A stretch of 64,000 nt of DNA from Eledone cirrhosa (GCA_964016885.1 OZ024742.1:103044001-103108000), one strand, 5' to 3'; positions 38,956-52,864 are shown, numbered from the stretch's first letter. The notes: generated from the sequence alone by a model not told the origin. Translations and numbers: made by a program.

Positions 38956-39215
38956 CTAATAATTTTTTAGCCAAGCCAGCACGCTCGCTGCGTTACCTCG
39001 TGTGATGGCGAGGCTGATGTGCTGGAACAACCAAGCGCCTTCACGAGCATCACCAGTTACCTCTGTTAGGCAAGCCGCCAGTGAAGATAGGAATCTGGCA
39101 GTCAGTGGCCCGACTCCCCGAAACGTCTCAAACGCCACAGGCTGAAAAATGTTGTTGGCCGACGTTCGGCTGTAGAACCTGCGGCTCTCGCCCTAACCGC
39201 AGCATCCAGGATGTG
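38956..39215 (-). pseudogene. CRE-clade retrotransposon 3' fragment
   Basis: AFETFRGVGP..TGDAREGAWLFQHISLAITRGNAASVL. Confidence 0.85.
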
Positions 39216-39720
39216 GGAAGAAGCAAAAGAGTCACTAACTGTTTGCTTGTTTGTAATTTTTAAATCATAGACAGTTGCTGTATTTTTTTTCTCGGTATTT
39301 TTCGTTTACGTTTGAAAGTATTAGCTGTTCCACTTTCTGGAATTGAAAATGCTGTATGGGATTTTAATTTATTAAGAATGAAAATGTAATTTAAAATACG
39401 AACAACATATATTTATATATTTCAAATGCAAAGGAAAAAATATATACACACGAGTAGACCCATGTATTGTGAGTGACACTAGGTCGACAGAAACAGCTTG
39501 AAAGCTCTTCCGATGCACTGTACATTGTCACGTTGAATAACCCCGAGAAATGTGTGTTTGTGGAATGCCCATGAGCAGGCCGTCGAAACCGTGATGCTGC
39601 TGTTGCTTAGCCACAGGTCAGCTCAGATGGAGCAGAACTATGATCAAAAGCATTCCAGTCGTGACCATCCCGTTTATTCTGTTCCCAGGTATAATGTATC
39701 CTAGTCTACATTAACTAATG

Positions 39721-40123
39721 CAGTGATTTACAGCCGGGGTTCATATGGTCCCTGGGTGTCCATATAAGATTTTTGGTTGTCCACACAAAAAATAGTAAAT
39801 TGCGGGTCCACGGTAGTATTTTAGTGGCTCATGAAAAATGTTGCTTTCAAAGAAAATATCTTAAGCTATAGAGAAAGGAAAATTAAAAACCAAAGTAGTT
39901 AGTTAGTAAAACAATTCATTAGGGAATTAATAGAAATCAATAGAAATGATAACCGGAATCAGTGGTGATGAAGTGTAAATAAATTTACACACACACATAC
40001 ACACACACAAGATTTTGTCACCAGTTTATTTTCCCGGTTGACTTTGACTGGCATTGGGGGGTCCACCAGAGTAAAATAGGAATCAAAGTGGTCCAAAGGT
40101 AAAAACAAATATTGCGAACAACT
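39721..40123. mobile_element. hAT-type MITE
   Basis: Degenerate TIRs CAGTGATTTACA ... TTGCGAACAACTG with GGGTCCA subterminal motifs. Confidence 0.6.
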
Positions 40124-40358
40124 GACAGCTATTTCTGGGAGGCTGCTAATGTTTATATCTATTACTTTGTAACACTGTTGTTATTGTTGCTATTTGTGTT
40201 GTTGCTATTGTTTTGGGGTTGTTATGGTTGTTGAAATAATCCCCCCCCCCCCCCACACTTATTAATTGTTCAGAGCACTCCGTGGTTGTGGTGTGGAAGG
40301 GGCTTTCTCGCATTCGCTCGCGATTGTCAAACTGGTCTGTTGCGGTATGTTGATGATG

Positions 40359-40398
<40 letters not shown>

Positions 40399-40547
40399 CT
40401 CTTGCGTCTTGAATAATCATCCCTCACTCTTATTAATTTTTCAGGTTTATCCCAACACCTCCGGTTATTAAATTTTGCTAATCTAAAATTTTATCTTAAT
40501 GGTAGCATTACTGCGACAATAATTTTCTTTACACATTAAAAAACATT

Positions 40548-40928
40548 ATGGTAGAGGGTCGGCCGCCATACTTTCTAGCATAGTTATGTCCCTTTACGAT
40601 CTGAGTTCAAATCCCGTCGAGGTTAACTTTGCCTTTCATCCTTACGGGGTCGATAAAATAAAGTACCAGTAATGTATTTGTGTCAAAATGGCCTCGTGCC
40701 AAAAGTAGAAACAATTATATATGACAAAAAAAAGTACATTATTGGTATGGCAGTATCGGTAGAGGGTCGGACGCCATGCTTTGACGCATAGAGTTACGGC
40801 CCTTGCCATTCTGAGTTCAAATCCCGCCGAGGTTAACTTTGCCTTTCATCCTTACGGGGTCGATAAAATAAAGTACCAGTAATGTACTGGGTAACTTCTG
40901 GCCTTGTGCCAATAGTAGAAACAATTAT
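40548..40928 (+). mobile_element. Two tandem SINE family A copies
   Basis: Box B, core and tail each present twice. Confidence 0.9.
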
Positions 40929-41194
40929 TGGTAATTCCCATACCTTATGAAATAAATAGGATGGGTTGGGGTTTCAATATGTAAACTAAACGACTAATTC
41001 TGGTTTTTGTTTTTAAATCAACAGAGACAACCTAGAAAAATTACCGATTCTCCACTCCCCGCTTGTTCTACTGTTATTTGGGACCCGAGAGTAGTTGTTG
41101 GTGGTGTTGGTGGTGGCTGTGCTGATGGGGTTGGGGTGGTAGTAGTGCTACTGCTGGAGTTGGTGCTAACAGTGGTGGGTAGTGGTGGTCGTGA

Positions 41195-41490
41195 TGGTGG
41201 TGGTGGTGGTAATAGTGGTATTAGGGGTGGAGGCCGTGGTGGAGTGGTGGAAGTGGTGGTGGTGATGATGTTAGTGCTGGCGATGCTGCTGGTTCTAATA
41301 GTAATGGTAATAAGTAGTAGTGGTGGTGGTGGTGGTGGTGGTAATAGTGTTGGTGGTGATAGGGGTGGAGGCCGTGGCGGAGTGGTGGAGGTGGTGGTGG
41401 TGATGATGTTAGTGCTGGCGATGCTGCTGGTTCTAATAGTAATAGTAATAAGGAGTAGTGGTGGTGGTGGTGGTGGTGGTGGTGGTAATA
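41195..41490. repeat. Two-copy GGT-rich tandem duplication (unit about 138 bp)
   Basis: TAGGGGTGGAGGCCGTGG...GTTCTAATAGTAAT is repeated. Confidence 0.85.
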
Positions 41491-41814
41491 GTGTAGTGCT
41501 GTTACCATACAAGGTCGGGTGTGTTGAGCGTGATAGTGGTCTGTAGGGATTGCATCTGACAAAAGACCCTGTCGCTGCAAAGAAGGTTGTGGGGTCACAT
41601 AGAGTGCATGATAGATGTGGTGTGTGAGGAGTAGGAACAGAAGTGGGCCTGGGGGGAGGGACTGAAAGAAAAGTGAGAAGAAAGACGTAGAAGGTGGTTA
41701 ATTATAGTTGATAGACGGAAAAAATGAAACGAAATGTCATTTCCCACTCTTAGTACGGCTGTTACTTAAATATAAGTATGTACACGTACATACATATATG
41801 TATACAACGAGCAT

Positions 41815-42001
41815 TGGTGGATTGGCAGTATCGGTCGAGGGTCGGACGCCATGCTTTCCAGCATAGTTACGTCCCTTTACGATCTGAGTTCAAATCCCGC
41901 CGAGGTTGACTTTGCCTTTCATCCTTACGGGGTCGATAAAATAAAGTACCAGTAATGCACTGGTTAATTGCTGGCCTTGTGCCTAAAGTAGAAACAATTA
42001 T
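41815..42001 (+). mobile_element. Young SINE family A
   Basis: Near-consensus copy. Confidence 0.9.
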
Positions 42002-42163
42002 AATAAATGTTCGGTGAATCCATACGTACATATATATATGTGTGCATGTATGTATATATATATACATACTACTGTACGTCTATGTGTATGTAGATGTGGG
42101 CCGATGCAAGTCAATATAAATATGTCACGATATATGTATGTATATATATATATATGTGTGTGT

Positions 42164-42213
<50 letters not shown>

Positions 42214-42286
42214 GTGTGTATATATATATATATTTATATATGAGTGTGTATATGTGTATATATATATATATGTGTGTGTGTGCGTG

Positions 42287-42328
<42 letters not shown>

Positions 42329-42404
42329 GATACACACATACACCCACACACACATATATATATGTGTGTATGTGTATATATATAGGTGTGTGTATGTGTG
42401 TATG

Positions 42405-42466
<62 letters not shown>

Positions 42467-42601
42467 TACACATATACACACACATATATACATACACATA
42501 TACACACACATATATATATATATGTGCACACACATATATATATATATGTGTGTGTGTGTGTATATATTTATATATATATACACACATACACATACACATA
42601 T

Positions 42602-42658
<57 letters not shown>

Positions 42659-42696
42659 TATATATATATATATACATATACACACACATATACATA

Positions 42697-43201
42697 TATA
42701 TGGCATACGTTAAGACCGGCGTCTGGGAAAGTGAAAGTAAATTATATGACAACAGTGAATTTGTTTGTTTTTACTTTTTACAATGACAGTTACGATACAC
42801 ACGCAATTGTATGGATTTCTTAATATATATATATGTGTGGGTGTGTATATGTGTGTATATATATGTGTGTCTATATGTATATATATATATGCGTGTTTGT
42901 ATATATATGTGTGTTTGTGTCATCATCATCGTTTAACGTCTATCTAAAGAAAAAAAAATCACACACGCAATACTAATTAACACCATATCACTATAGAGAC
43001 CTGTTGTAAATAAACAAACAAATTCACAGTGTACACACATATATACACACATATACACACCCACACATATATATATATTAAGAAATCCATACAATTGCGT
43101 GTGTATCGTAACTTTCACCGTAAAAAAAACAAAAAAAAAACAAATTTACTGTTGTCAAATAATTTACTTTCACTTTCGCAGACGCCGGTCTTAACGTATG
43201 C

Positions 43202-43208
<7 letters not shown>
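42697..43208. mobile_element. Fold-back element between (TA)n arrays
   Basis: Inverted arms about 42697-42868 / 43033-43208; no HHR recognised. Confidence 0.8.
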
Positions 43209-43252
<44 letters not shown>

Positions 43253-43312
43253 CATATATTGTGACATACACGTGTATACACACACACACATACATATATG
43301 TATATATGTATG

Positions 43313-43349
<37 letters not shown>

Positions 43350-43574
43350 CAGACACAGATGCCTGTGTATATAGCTGTATGTGTGTGCATGTGTATGTGT
43401 GTATGCATCAACATAAGTTGCACGCTTGTGTGGATGTGTGTGTGTGTGTGTGTGTGTGTGGCGGCAGTCCTGACGCCTGTTGGGTGAGATATAAAATATA
43501 GTGGGGAGGGGTGTTGGAGGGCACACGACGACAAAGGACGTGTGTCGTGACACACGAGTTAAACATTAACCTTA

Positions 43575-44000
43575 CCTCCCACCACCTCCATTGTTACTAC
43601 CATTCACCTCCACCACTACCACTTCCACAACCACCACCAACACCACCAACTACACCACCACTACCACTACTACAACCACCACCTCTACCACCAACTACAC
43701 CACCACCACCAACACCACTACTACAACCACCACCTCCACCACCAACTACACGACCACCAACAACACCACTACTACAACCACCACCTCCACCACAAACTAC
43801 ACCACCACTACCACAACCACCACCATCACCATCACTACCACTATAAACACCTCTTTCACCACCTCCACCGCCAACTACACCACCACCACCACCACCACCA
43901 CCACCACCACCACCACCACCACCTCAACAACCACCTCAACAACCACCGCCACCACCAGCAACTCCACCACCAACTACACCACCAACCACCAACAACAATT
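43575..44000. repeat. (CCA/CTA)n low-complexity array
   Basis: Seen directly in the sequence. Confidence 0.9.
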
Positions 44001-44079
44001 CTCATAAATCAGCTGTTGATGTAAGGACTGGATATGAAGGTGCAGGCTGGAGGGTAACATGGTGGCGTTATAAATTCGG

Positions 44080-45680
44080 GGTAGCGGATGGTAGCGGAGG
44101 GTAGCAGTTGGTAGCGGATGGTAGCAGATGGTAGCAGTTGGTAGCAGTTGGTAGCGGATGGTAGCGGAGGGTAGCAGTTGGTAGCGGATGGTAGCAGATG
44201 GTAGCAGTTGATAGCGGATGGTAGAAGATGGTAGCAGTTGGTAGCGGATGGTAGAAGATGGTAGCAGTTGGTAGCAGATGGTAGCAGAGGGTAGCGGATG
44301 GTAGCAGTTGATAGCGGATGGTAGAAGATGGTAGCAGTTGGTAGCGGATGGTAGCAGTTGGTAGCGGATGGTAGCGGAGGGTAGCAGTTGATAGCGGATG
44401 GTAGAAGATGGTAGCAGTTGGTAGCGGATGGTAGCGGAGGGTAGCAGTTGGTAGCGGATGGTGGCGAATGGTAGAAGATGGTAGCAATTGATAGCGGATG
44501 GTAGAAGATGGTAGCAGTTGGTAGCGGATGGTAGCAGTTGGTAGCGGATGGTAGAAGATGGTAGCAGTTGATAGCGGATGGTAGAAGATGGTAGCAGTTG
44601 GTAGCGGATGGTAGCAGTTGGTAGCGGATGGTAGAGATGGTAGCAGTTGGTAGCGGATGGTAGAAGATGGTAGCAGTTGATAGCGGATGGTAGAAGATGG
44701 TAGCAGTTGGTAGCGGATGGTAGAAGATGGTAGCAGTTGATAGCGGATGGTAGAAGATGGTAGCAGTTGGTAGCGGATGGTAGAAGATGGTAGCAGTTGA
44801 TAGCGGATGGTAGAAGATGGTAGCAGTTGATAGCGGATGGTAGAAGATGGTAGCAGTTGATAGCGGATGTAGAAGATGGTAGCAGTTGGTAGCGGATGGT
44901 AGCAGTTGGTAGCGGATGGTAGCAGATGGTAGCAGTTGATAGCGGATGGTAGCAGTTGATAGCGGATGGTAGAAGATGGTAGCAGTTGGTAGCGGATGGT
45001 AGCAGAGGGTAGCGGATGGTAGAAGATGGTAGCAGTTGGTAGCGGATGGTAGAAGATGGTAGCAGTTGGTAGCGGATGGTAGCAGTTGATAGCGGATGGT
45101 AGAAGATGGTAGCAGTTGGTAGCGGATGGTAGCAGAGGGTAGCGGATGGTAGAAGATGGTAGCAGTTGGTAGCGGATGGTAGAAGATGGTAGCAGTTGGT
45201 AGCGGATGGTAGAAGATGGTAGCAGTTGGTAGCGGATGGTAGCAGAGGGTAGCGGATGGTAGAAGATGGTAGCAGTTGGTAGCGGATGGTAGAAGATGGT
45301 AGCAGTTGGTAGCGGATGGTAGAAGATGGTAGCAGTTGATAGCGGATGGTAGAAGAGGGTAGCAGTTGGTAGCGGATGGTAGAAGAGGGTAGCAGTTGGT
45401 AGCGGATGGTAGAAGATGGTAGCAGTTGATAGCGGATGGTAGAAGAGGGTAGCAGTTGGTAGCGGATGGTAGAAGATGGTAGCAGTTGGTAGCGGATGGT
45501 AGAAGATGGTAGCAGTTGATAGCGGATGGTAGAAGATGGTAGCAGTTGGTAGCGGATGGTGGCGGTTGGAAGCGGTTGGTAGCAGATGGTAGAAGATGGT
45601 AGCGGATGGTAACGGTTGGTACCGGATGATAGCGGTTGGTACCGGATGGAAGCGGTTGGTAGAAGTTGGTAGCGGTTAGT
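44080..45680. repeat. 10-bp minisatellite (GGTAGCAGTT / GGTAGCGGAT / GGTAGAAGAT variants) with a 30-bp higher-order unit
   Basis: Seen directly in the sequence. Confidence 0.95.
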
Positions 45681-46004
45681 AGATAGAAGCAAGTGGTCGT
45701 AACTTTTCGTCTCTATTACTCCCTAGCCGTGTTGTATTCACCATTTTTTTACATCATTTGACAGCCGAAAACAGTGTAGCATTGTAGGACAAGGTTGTAC
45801 GTAAGGACTTGAGGTGCTGTCTGTTGGTCCAATTTCATTACAAGTTAAGTCGGTACAGCGTTATATTGCAGCCCCCCCCCCCCCGACCATCGAAACCGCA
45901 TAAAACCCCCCGAAACCACCTAAACGCCCTAAAACCCCTAAAACCCCGAAACCGCCTAAACTCTTTAAACCCCCTAAATCACCGAAACCCCCGAAAAGGA
46001 GGTA

Positions 46005-46053
<49 letters not shown>

Positions 46054-46104
46054 TATAAAACTATAGTATAACCGCGAATTCGGTGAGTACACTGTGTGCA
46101 TATA

Positions 46105-46640
46105 TACAATGGAATGGTTACTACGCAATATCGAATTGCTCTAGGTTGGGCAGCTTTCAATAAGAACAAGGAAGTACTAACATCAAAACGAGTTTCCTAT
46201 CATTTGAAGGCTAAGATCTTTGATACTTACATCCTACCAGTTGTGTTATATGGTCTTGACTGTGTTAATTGGACGACAAGGTCACTTCAGAAGCTCTCTA
46301 CATTCCAGAACCACATCATAGACTTACGAATGGCAAGCGGCTCAGCTACTGTATCTGTATCAGTGAGCTGCTCAACATTACCAAACTTAAACCAATTGCA
46401 TCAATTGTCAAGTCAAGAGTACTTAAACTATACGGTCATAAAGATCAACTCGTGGTGTGAGTAGGTTATGCCTAGAAGGAAGTTTGGCTGGTAAGAGAAG
46501 CAGAAGCCGGCAGCCAAAAGGATGGCTTGACAATGTTAACTTATGGACTGGACTTGATCTTTGATCTTTGATCTCTGCTGCTGGTGATCGAACTTTGTGG
46601 AGAGAGGTATCATATGTTGATGCGCAGTGTGCAACTGGCG
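46105..46640 (+). pseudogene. RTE-clade LINE 3' fragment
   Basis: RIALGWAAFNKNKEVL..KAKIFDTYILPVVLYG; downstream LKLYGH and LEG..GKRSR..WLDNV. Confidence 0.85.
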
Positions 46641-46658
46641 GAGTTTAGCGTCACACGA

Positions 46659-46699
<41 letters not shown>

Positions 46700-46939
46700 A
46701 AGTATAACCGTGAATAGCGAACTGTGAATACGAGGGATTTGTATAGTATAACCGCGAATACCGAACCGCGAAAATAGGAGATTCTATATCAGGTGTGACT
46801 ATTTCCGATGTGTCTGGGGTCGATTTAATCGGCTTTCCTTTTTTCCTTTACTCTTTGAATTGCTGCCCTTGTGCCAAATGTAGAAAAGATTATTACATAC
46901 ACACACAAACACACATATATATTGTACTACTATACATAC

Positions 46940-47432
46940 ATGCATACATACATACATACATGGTGGCTGCCAACTCGTTTTCGAGTACGGCCACTATTTT
47001 ATATCCATGTAGGAGAACCCCTACCGATGCGCTGAACGAGTGTGACTTTTTAGTCCAGCCAGCGACTTGAAAACTCTGGTACAAACACTACACTTGTGAC
47101 AATTATTGACACATAGTGCTGGGCCCATGGTACCATATGAGGACAAGTGCAGAGAGATCTCCAGATACAAAGCAATGCCTGTGCCGTGAAACCTTTATAG
47201 TGAGCAAAGGCACTGCACAAAGCCAGTCCCACTCTCTTAACCAAGATGATATTTACCAAAAAGAAGAACAAGTCAACATCATTGGATACCATCAGGGTTG
47301 CAGGTGTTATATCAGAGTTTTCCTTCTCCTAGAATTCTGCCTTGACAAAGGCTAAGGGGTCATCTCTCCCCGTGATTTTGGATGGCCATTGACTCTTAAG
47401 AGCTCCTTTGCCCTTTGACAGGTTTTGTTTTT
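46940..47432 (-). mobile_element. Second copy of the (TATG)n RTE-derived retroposon, 5' truncated
   Basis: Near-identical reverse complement of 22610-23090. Confidence 0.9.
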
Positions 47433-47659
47433 ACATAAATACATACATACAAACATGCATGCATTTGTAAGTAGAGTGTATGCATTGAAACGGCGTGAGC
47501 TCAGCCGTTGGGCACTAACTCATTAAAATATATATATATATATATGCAAACATTTTCATATATATATATATACACATATACATATACATATATATATATG
47601 CAAACATTTTCATATATATATATATATGCAAACATTTTCATATATGCATACATTTAAAT

Positions 47660-47696
<37 letters not shown>

Positions 47697-47941
47697 CAGT
47701 TAAGATCGCAAGTTGTCTGTTTAAGAATTAAATAAATCCGACTCCGTGTCAGTAATTAGCTTTTGTCAGGAGGAGTAGAAGTGAGAGAACACCTGTCGAG
47801 CAGGTGTACCTGTCTGAAGCTAGCACACTTCAGGTAGATAAAGATCCATCACCATTCACCTGTCCCGTTTACTCCTTGACCTTGCTTAATCAAAGCAGTT
47901 GCCGAATGCCATTCAGACGAGAACAGTAAATCTGTTGGAAA

Positions 47942-49135
47942 GTGTAGTGGTGGTGGTGGTGGTGGTGGTTGTGGTGGTGGTAGTGGTGGTGGTGGTGGTG
48001 GTGGTGGTGGTTGTGGAGGTTTCAAAGTGAAAAGACACCGCCATCGGGTATGTTGTGGTTGGATGTGGTGGTAGTGGTGGTAGTGGTGCGTGTGGTAGTA
48101 GTAGTGGTGGTGGTGGTGGTGGTTCTAGTGGTGGTGGTGGTGGTGTTGTTGGTTGTAGTGGTGGTGGTGGTTGTGGTAGTGGTGGTAGTGGTATTGTTGG
48201 TTGTGGTGGTGGTGGTGGTGGTTGTGGTAGTGGTGGTGGTGTTGTTGGTTGTGGTGGCGGTGGTGGTTGTGGTAGTGGTGTTGTGGTTGTGGTGGTGGTA
48301 ATGGTTGTGGTGGTAGTGGTGGTTGTGGTAGTGGTAGTGGTGGTGGTGGTGGTGGTAGTGGTTTTAGTGGTGGTGGTAGTGGTGGTGGTTGTCTTGGTGG
48401 TGGTGTTGGTTGTGGTGGTGGTGATGGTGGTTGTGGTAGTGGTGGTGGTGGTGGTAGTGGTGTTGGTTGTGGCGATGGTGGTTGTGGTAGTGGTGGTGAG
48501 TGTGGTGTTGGTGGTGGAGGTGGTGGTGGTGGTGGTGGTGGTGGTGGCTGTGGTAGTGGTGGTGATGGTGGTGGTGGTGATGGTGGTGGTGGGTGTGGTG
48601 GTGGTGGTGATAGTGGTGGTAGTGGTTGCAAAGTGAAAAGACATCCTATCGGGTATGTTGTGGTGGTTGTCATGGTGGTGGTGGTGGGTGTGGTGGTGGT
48701 GGTGATAGTGGTGGTAGTGGTTGCAAAGTGAAAAGACACCCTATCGGGTATGTTGTGGTGGTTGTCGTGGTGGTGGTGGTGGTGGTTTTGTTGGTTATCA
48801 TGGTGGTAGTAGAGGTTGTGGTGGTGGTGGTGGTTGTCGTGGTGATGATGGTTGTGGTGGTTGTGGTGGTGGTGGTGGTTTTGGTGGTTGTCGTGGTGGT
48901 AGTAGTGGTGGTTGTGGTGGTGATTGAAGAGTGCTGTTGGATGAGGTGGTTGTCGTGGTGGTGATGGTTGTGGTGGTTGTGGTGGTGGTTTTGGTGGTTG
49001 TCGTGGTGGCAGTAGTGGTGGTTGTGGTGGTGATTGAAGAGTGCCGTCGGATGAGGTGGTTGTCGTGGTGGTGATGATGGAGGTGATGATGGAGGTGGTG
49101 GTTATGATTAAAAAGTGAAAGACAACTGTCATCAG
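47942..49135. repeat. (GGT)n-rich array with a recurring anchor AAAGTGAAAAGACA..ATCGGGTATGTTGTGG
   Basis: Anchor at about 48024, 48629 and 48725, with a degenerate copy at about 49112. Confidence 0.85.
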
Positions 49136-49385
49136 ATATGTTTTAAGCGGGGTGCTACTATAAATATTGTCTTTGTGATGTGGTGGTTTGTGTGGTTCAT
49201 TTGTGGTGTAGTAGGAGTGAGAAGTTTGAGTGAGGAGCTTGTTGGTCGAGTAATGGTAAGTGAAGTGTGTTTCGGTGAGTCGAGAGTTTTACCATATTCG
49301 GGGTCACAGGTCAATCTTTTGGTGGTCGAGTATGCCAGGCTAAGAAAAACATCGTTGGGAAATATGTCGAGGTTTCGATACATGT

Positions 49386-49580
49386 CAGACCTGCCAACCT
49401 TTAAAAACCCAAACGGGAGTACCATGAAAAAAAGGGCTCCAAAACTTGGAGAAATGGGGCAAAATGGGAAGATTTTACACAATGAAAGCTATACCCATTT
49501 TCACAAGAGAAGACATTTCTCATACACTTTCCAGAGTGGGTGGGAGACCTCCCCGTCCGACGGAGAGAGTTGACAGATCT
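49386..49580. mobile_element. hAT-type MITE; related fragment at 52345-52412 (-)
   Basis: CAGACCTGCCAAC ... GTTGACAGATCTG TIRs. Confidence 0.7.
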
Positions 49581-49629
49581 GGGTTAAGAAAAACATTGTG
49601 GGGGAAAAATATATCGATATTTCGATACA

Positions 49630-49720
<91 letters not shown>

Positions 49721-50271
49721 GCGGCGGTGGTGGTGGTGGTGGTGTTTCTGGTTGAGGTGCATTGTTGGGTGTTGTTGTGGTTGTAATGTGGTGGTGGTGT
49801 TTCTGGTTGAGGTGCATTGTTGGGTGTTGTTGTTGTTGTAATGTGGTGGTGGTGGTGCTGCTGGTTGTGGTCGTTGTGGCATTGTTGAATGCGGTGGTAT
49901 ATTGTTTTTTGTTGTTTGTGGTGGCGGCGGCTGTAGTGTTGTTATTGTTGTTGGTTGTGGTGGTTGTTGTGGCATTGCTGTTAGTCGTATTAATAATAAC
50001 AGTAATAATAATGAAATTACTGAGTACAGTGCTCAGGTGCACTACAACTCATCAAATGTGCACGTACAGTACATAGAATAATGTACAAATGTCAGGAAAC
50101 TGAACAATGTATTAGTTATGATATACACACAGATACCTGCATGTGTATGGAGGGGGGGGGGGGGGCATCGGGTGGAGTGTTGGTGAAGTTCAGGAAACAC
50201 GGAGGTTTTAAAGGATGCAGTGACCCAGCAGCTAACAACTGATGCTGGTATTGATGTGGTGTTGTGCTTGA

Positions 50272-50990
50272 AGTTGTGGTGGTAGTAGAGATGGTTGTTG
50301 TTGTGGTGGTAGTAGGGATGGTTGTAGTTGTGGTGTTAGTAGGGATGGTTGTTGTTGTGGTGGTAGTAGGGGTGGTTGTAGTTGTGGTGGTAGTAGGGGT
50401 GGTTGTAGTTGTGGTGGTAGTAGGGATGGTTGTTGTTGTGGTGGTAGTAGGGATGGTTGTAGTTGTGGTGGTAGTAGGGATGGTTGTAGTTGTGGTGGTA
50501 GTAGGGATGGTTGTAGTTGTGGTGGTAGTAGTGATGGTTGTAGTTGTGGTGGTAGTAGGATGGTTGTTGTTGGGTGGTAGTAGGGATGGTTGTAGTTGTG
50601 GTGGTAGTAGGGATGGTTGTAGTTGTGGTGGTAGTAGGGATGGTTGTAGTTGTGGTGGTAGTAGGGATGGTGGTAGTTGTGGTGGTAGTAGGGATGGTGG
50701 TAGTTGTGGTGGTAGTAGGGATGGTTGTAGTTGTGGTGGTAGTAGGGATGGTGGTAGTTGTGGTGGTAGTAGGGATGGTGGTAGTTGTGGTTGTAGTAGG
50801 GATGGTGGTAGTTGTGGTGGTAGTAGGGATGGTGGTAGTAGGGATGGTTGTAGTTGTGGTGGTAGTAGGGATGGTTGTAGTTGTGGTGGTTGTAGTTGTG
50901 GTGGTAGTAGGGATGGTGGTAGTTGTGGTGGTAGTAGGGATGGTGGTAGTTGTGGTGGTAGTAGGGATGGTGGTAGTTGTGGTGGTATTG
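50272..50990. repeat. 27-bp minisatellite GTAGGGATGGTTGTAGTTGTGGTGGTA
   Basis: Seen directly in the sequence. Confidence 0.95.
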
Positions 50991-51706
50991 TTGTTGGTGG
51001 TCTTTACAGTGCGGGTAATGGTGTTAGTGAAAGTGGTAATGAGTGCTGGTGGTACCAGTGATGGTGGTGATAGTAGTATAGGTAGTGGTGTTTGTAACTA
51101 TCAAATGGTTCTTTTGATGTGCCATTCATGCATTTCAGTTTCTTTTTTTTTATTGGCATGAAATTGAAAGGACTCAATACACCGTGTGTGTGCATGAATA
51201 TTGTCAGGCCTGACAAAATCCCTGCTGTGGTTCGTAAAAATATGCAGTAATAAAGGTCACTCGTAGTTAATTTGGGACACTAATCTGTCTGAATTTTAAA
51301 CTAATTTTTAATTAACTTTAGGAATAAGTGAATTATTGGGAAATATAAACATCAGTAATTCTAGCTTTTTAATTTTACTAGAGTTATTTCCAATACGTCG
51401 ACGCGTATGTGTATATGTGTGTGCGTGTGTGTATATGTGTGTGCGTGTGTATATGTGTGTGCGTGTGTATATGTGCATATGCATACATTTATATGTATGA
51501 GTATATAAAATAAATGCGCAAACACAGACACACTTACAAAAATACACCCTCACAGGCATGCATTGACACAAATACACATACACTTATTCGCACACAGCAT
51601 AGCAAATGGATCGCCAGCCACCTGTTTTGCTATAGTTTTTTCACCATCTCTTTCCTTCCTTTCACACACATACAATTACACAAACAAACAAACAGCCCCC
51701 CCCCCA

Positions 51707-51756
<50 letters not shown>

Positions 51757-51957
51757 CACTCACACACACACACACTGTGTGATGGACGGAAGTCGCTCAA
51801 ATTTTAAAAGAATTTAAATATTTGTGCATATCTTGTATGTATGCGCAGTCACGAAACTCCTGATACAGTCATAGAGGTATTGTCGTTAAATATTCGGGCA
51901 GTTTTTAATCTGGTGGTGTTCATGCTTTCACCAAGTCTGAACACAGCCGATTCCATC

Positions 51958-52036
<79 letters not shown>

Positions 52037-52252
52037 GGGAAGAACTCACTCCAGTACTGGTGTTTGAAAAGGTTGGTCCTTTGAATTATAGATACAACTC
52101 ATTCCTTTTTCCCACCAGAATAGATTGGAGCGATGTGAAATGAAATTTCTAGAGCAAAGGACACAATGCACTGCCGGGAATCGAACACACGACCTAAGAA
52201 TCGTGAGCCGCACACCCTAACCATGCATCTTTACACATGCAAACATACATAT

Positions 52253-52324
<72 letters not shown>

Positions 52325-52864
52325 ACATACGCACACACACACATACTCCTCGTTTGGGAGCACTTTTTTTCATGGTACACCCGTTTTGGGTTTTTAGAAG
52401 TTGGCAGGTCTGCAAACACACACATGCGCGTGTTTACGTGTTGAGATATTATTCTGTGTAGTTGTAATAATTGAAAGCCTAGTATATCAAAATAAATATC
52501 ATGTCCCTATAACAGTAAATAAATAAATAAATAAATAATCTAACTACCTGAATAACGAGAGACTAAAATTTATCCGGATTAAACTCATTAGCGGCAGTCA
52601 AGTCACGATTTACTGAAACTTTATAGGTATTCGACTCGTCCATACTATCGCTATTATATATAATCCTTTCCATACATATAATTACAAACACTACTACCCA
52701 TACTGGCAGATAGTCTCGGGGTCGCGAGGGATCTGGCGTGGTATATATGTTCGTGTGAGCGTGTGCACGCCTGGGTTGGAAATTTGATTTATGTATTATT
52801 CCCCTCTTATTCTCTGTGGCTGAAAAAGAATTTTTCCTGTAAAAGTCCAGAATATATCTATCTA

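Noticed and set aside
41998-43555. YI/CV/HT-repeat ORFs here and throughout the window
   Set aside because: They are translations of dinucleotide and tetranucleotide microsatellites.
43974-45692. 572-aa ORF of LLPSSTIRYQ repeats
   Set aside because: It is a translation of a 10/30-bp minisatellite, and the reading phase drifts at unit indels, which argues against coding constraint.
44080-50990. CRISPR-like repeat/spacer appearance, including the anchors in the GGT array
   Set aside because: There are no unique spacers of constant length and no cas genes, and the context is eukaryotic.
47913-51161. Long poly-T/V/P/G/H ORFs resembling mucin or extensin
   Set aside because: These are (GGT)n and 27-bp arrays that are open in several frames on both strands.
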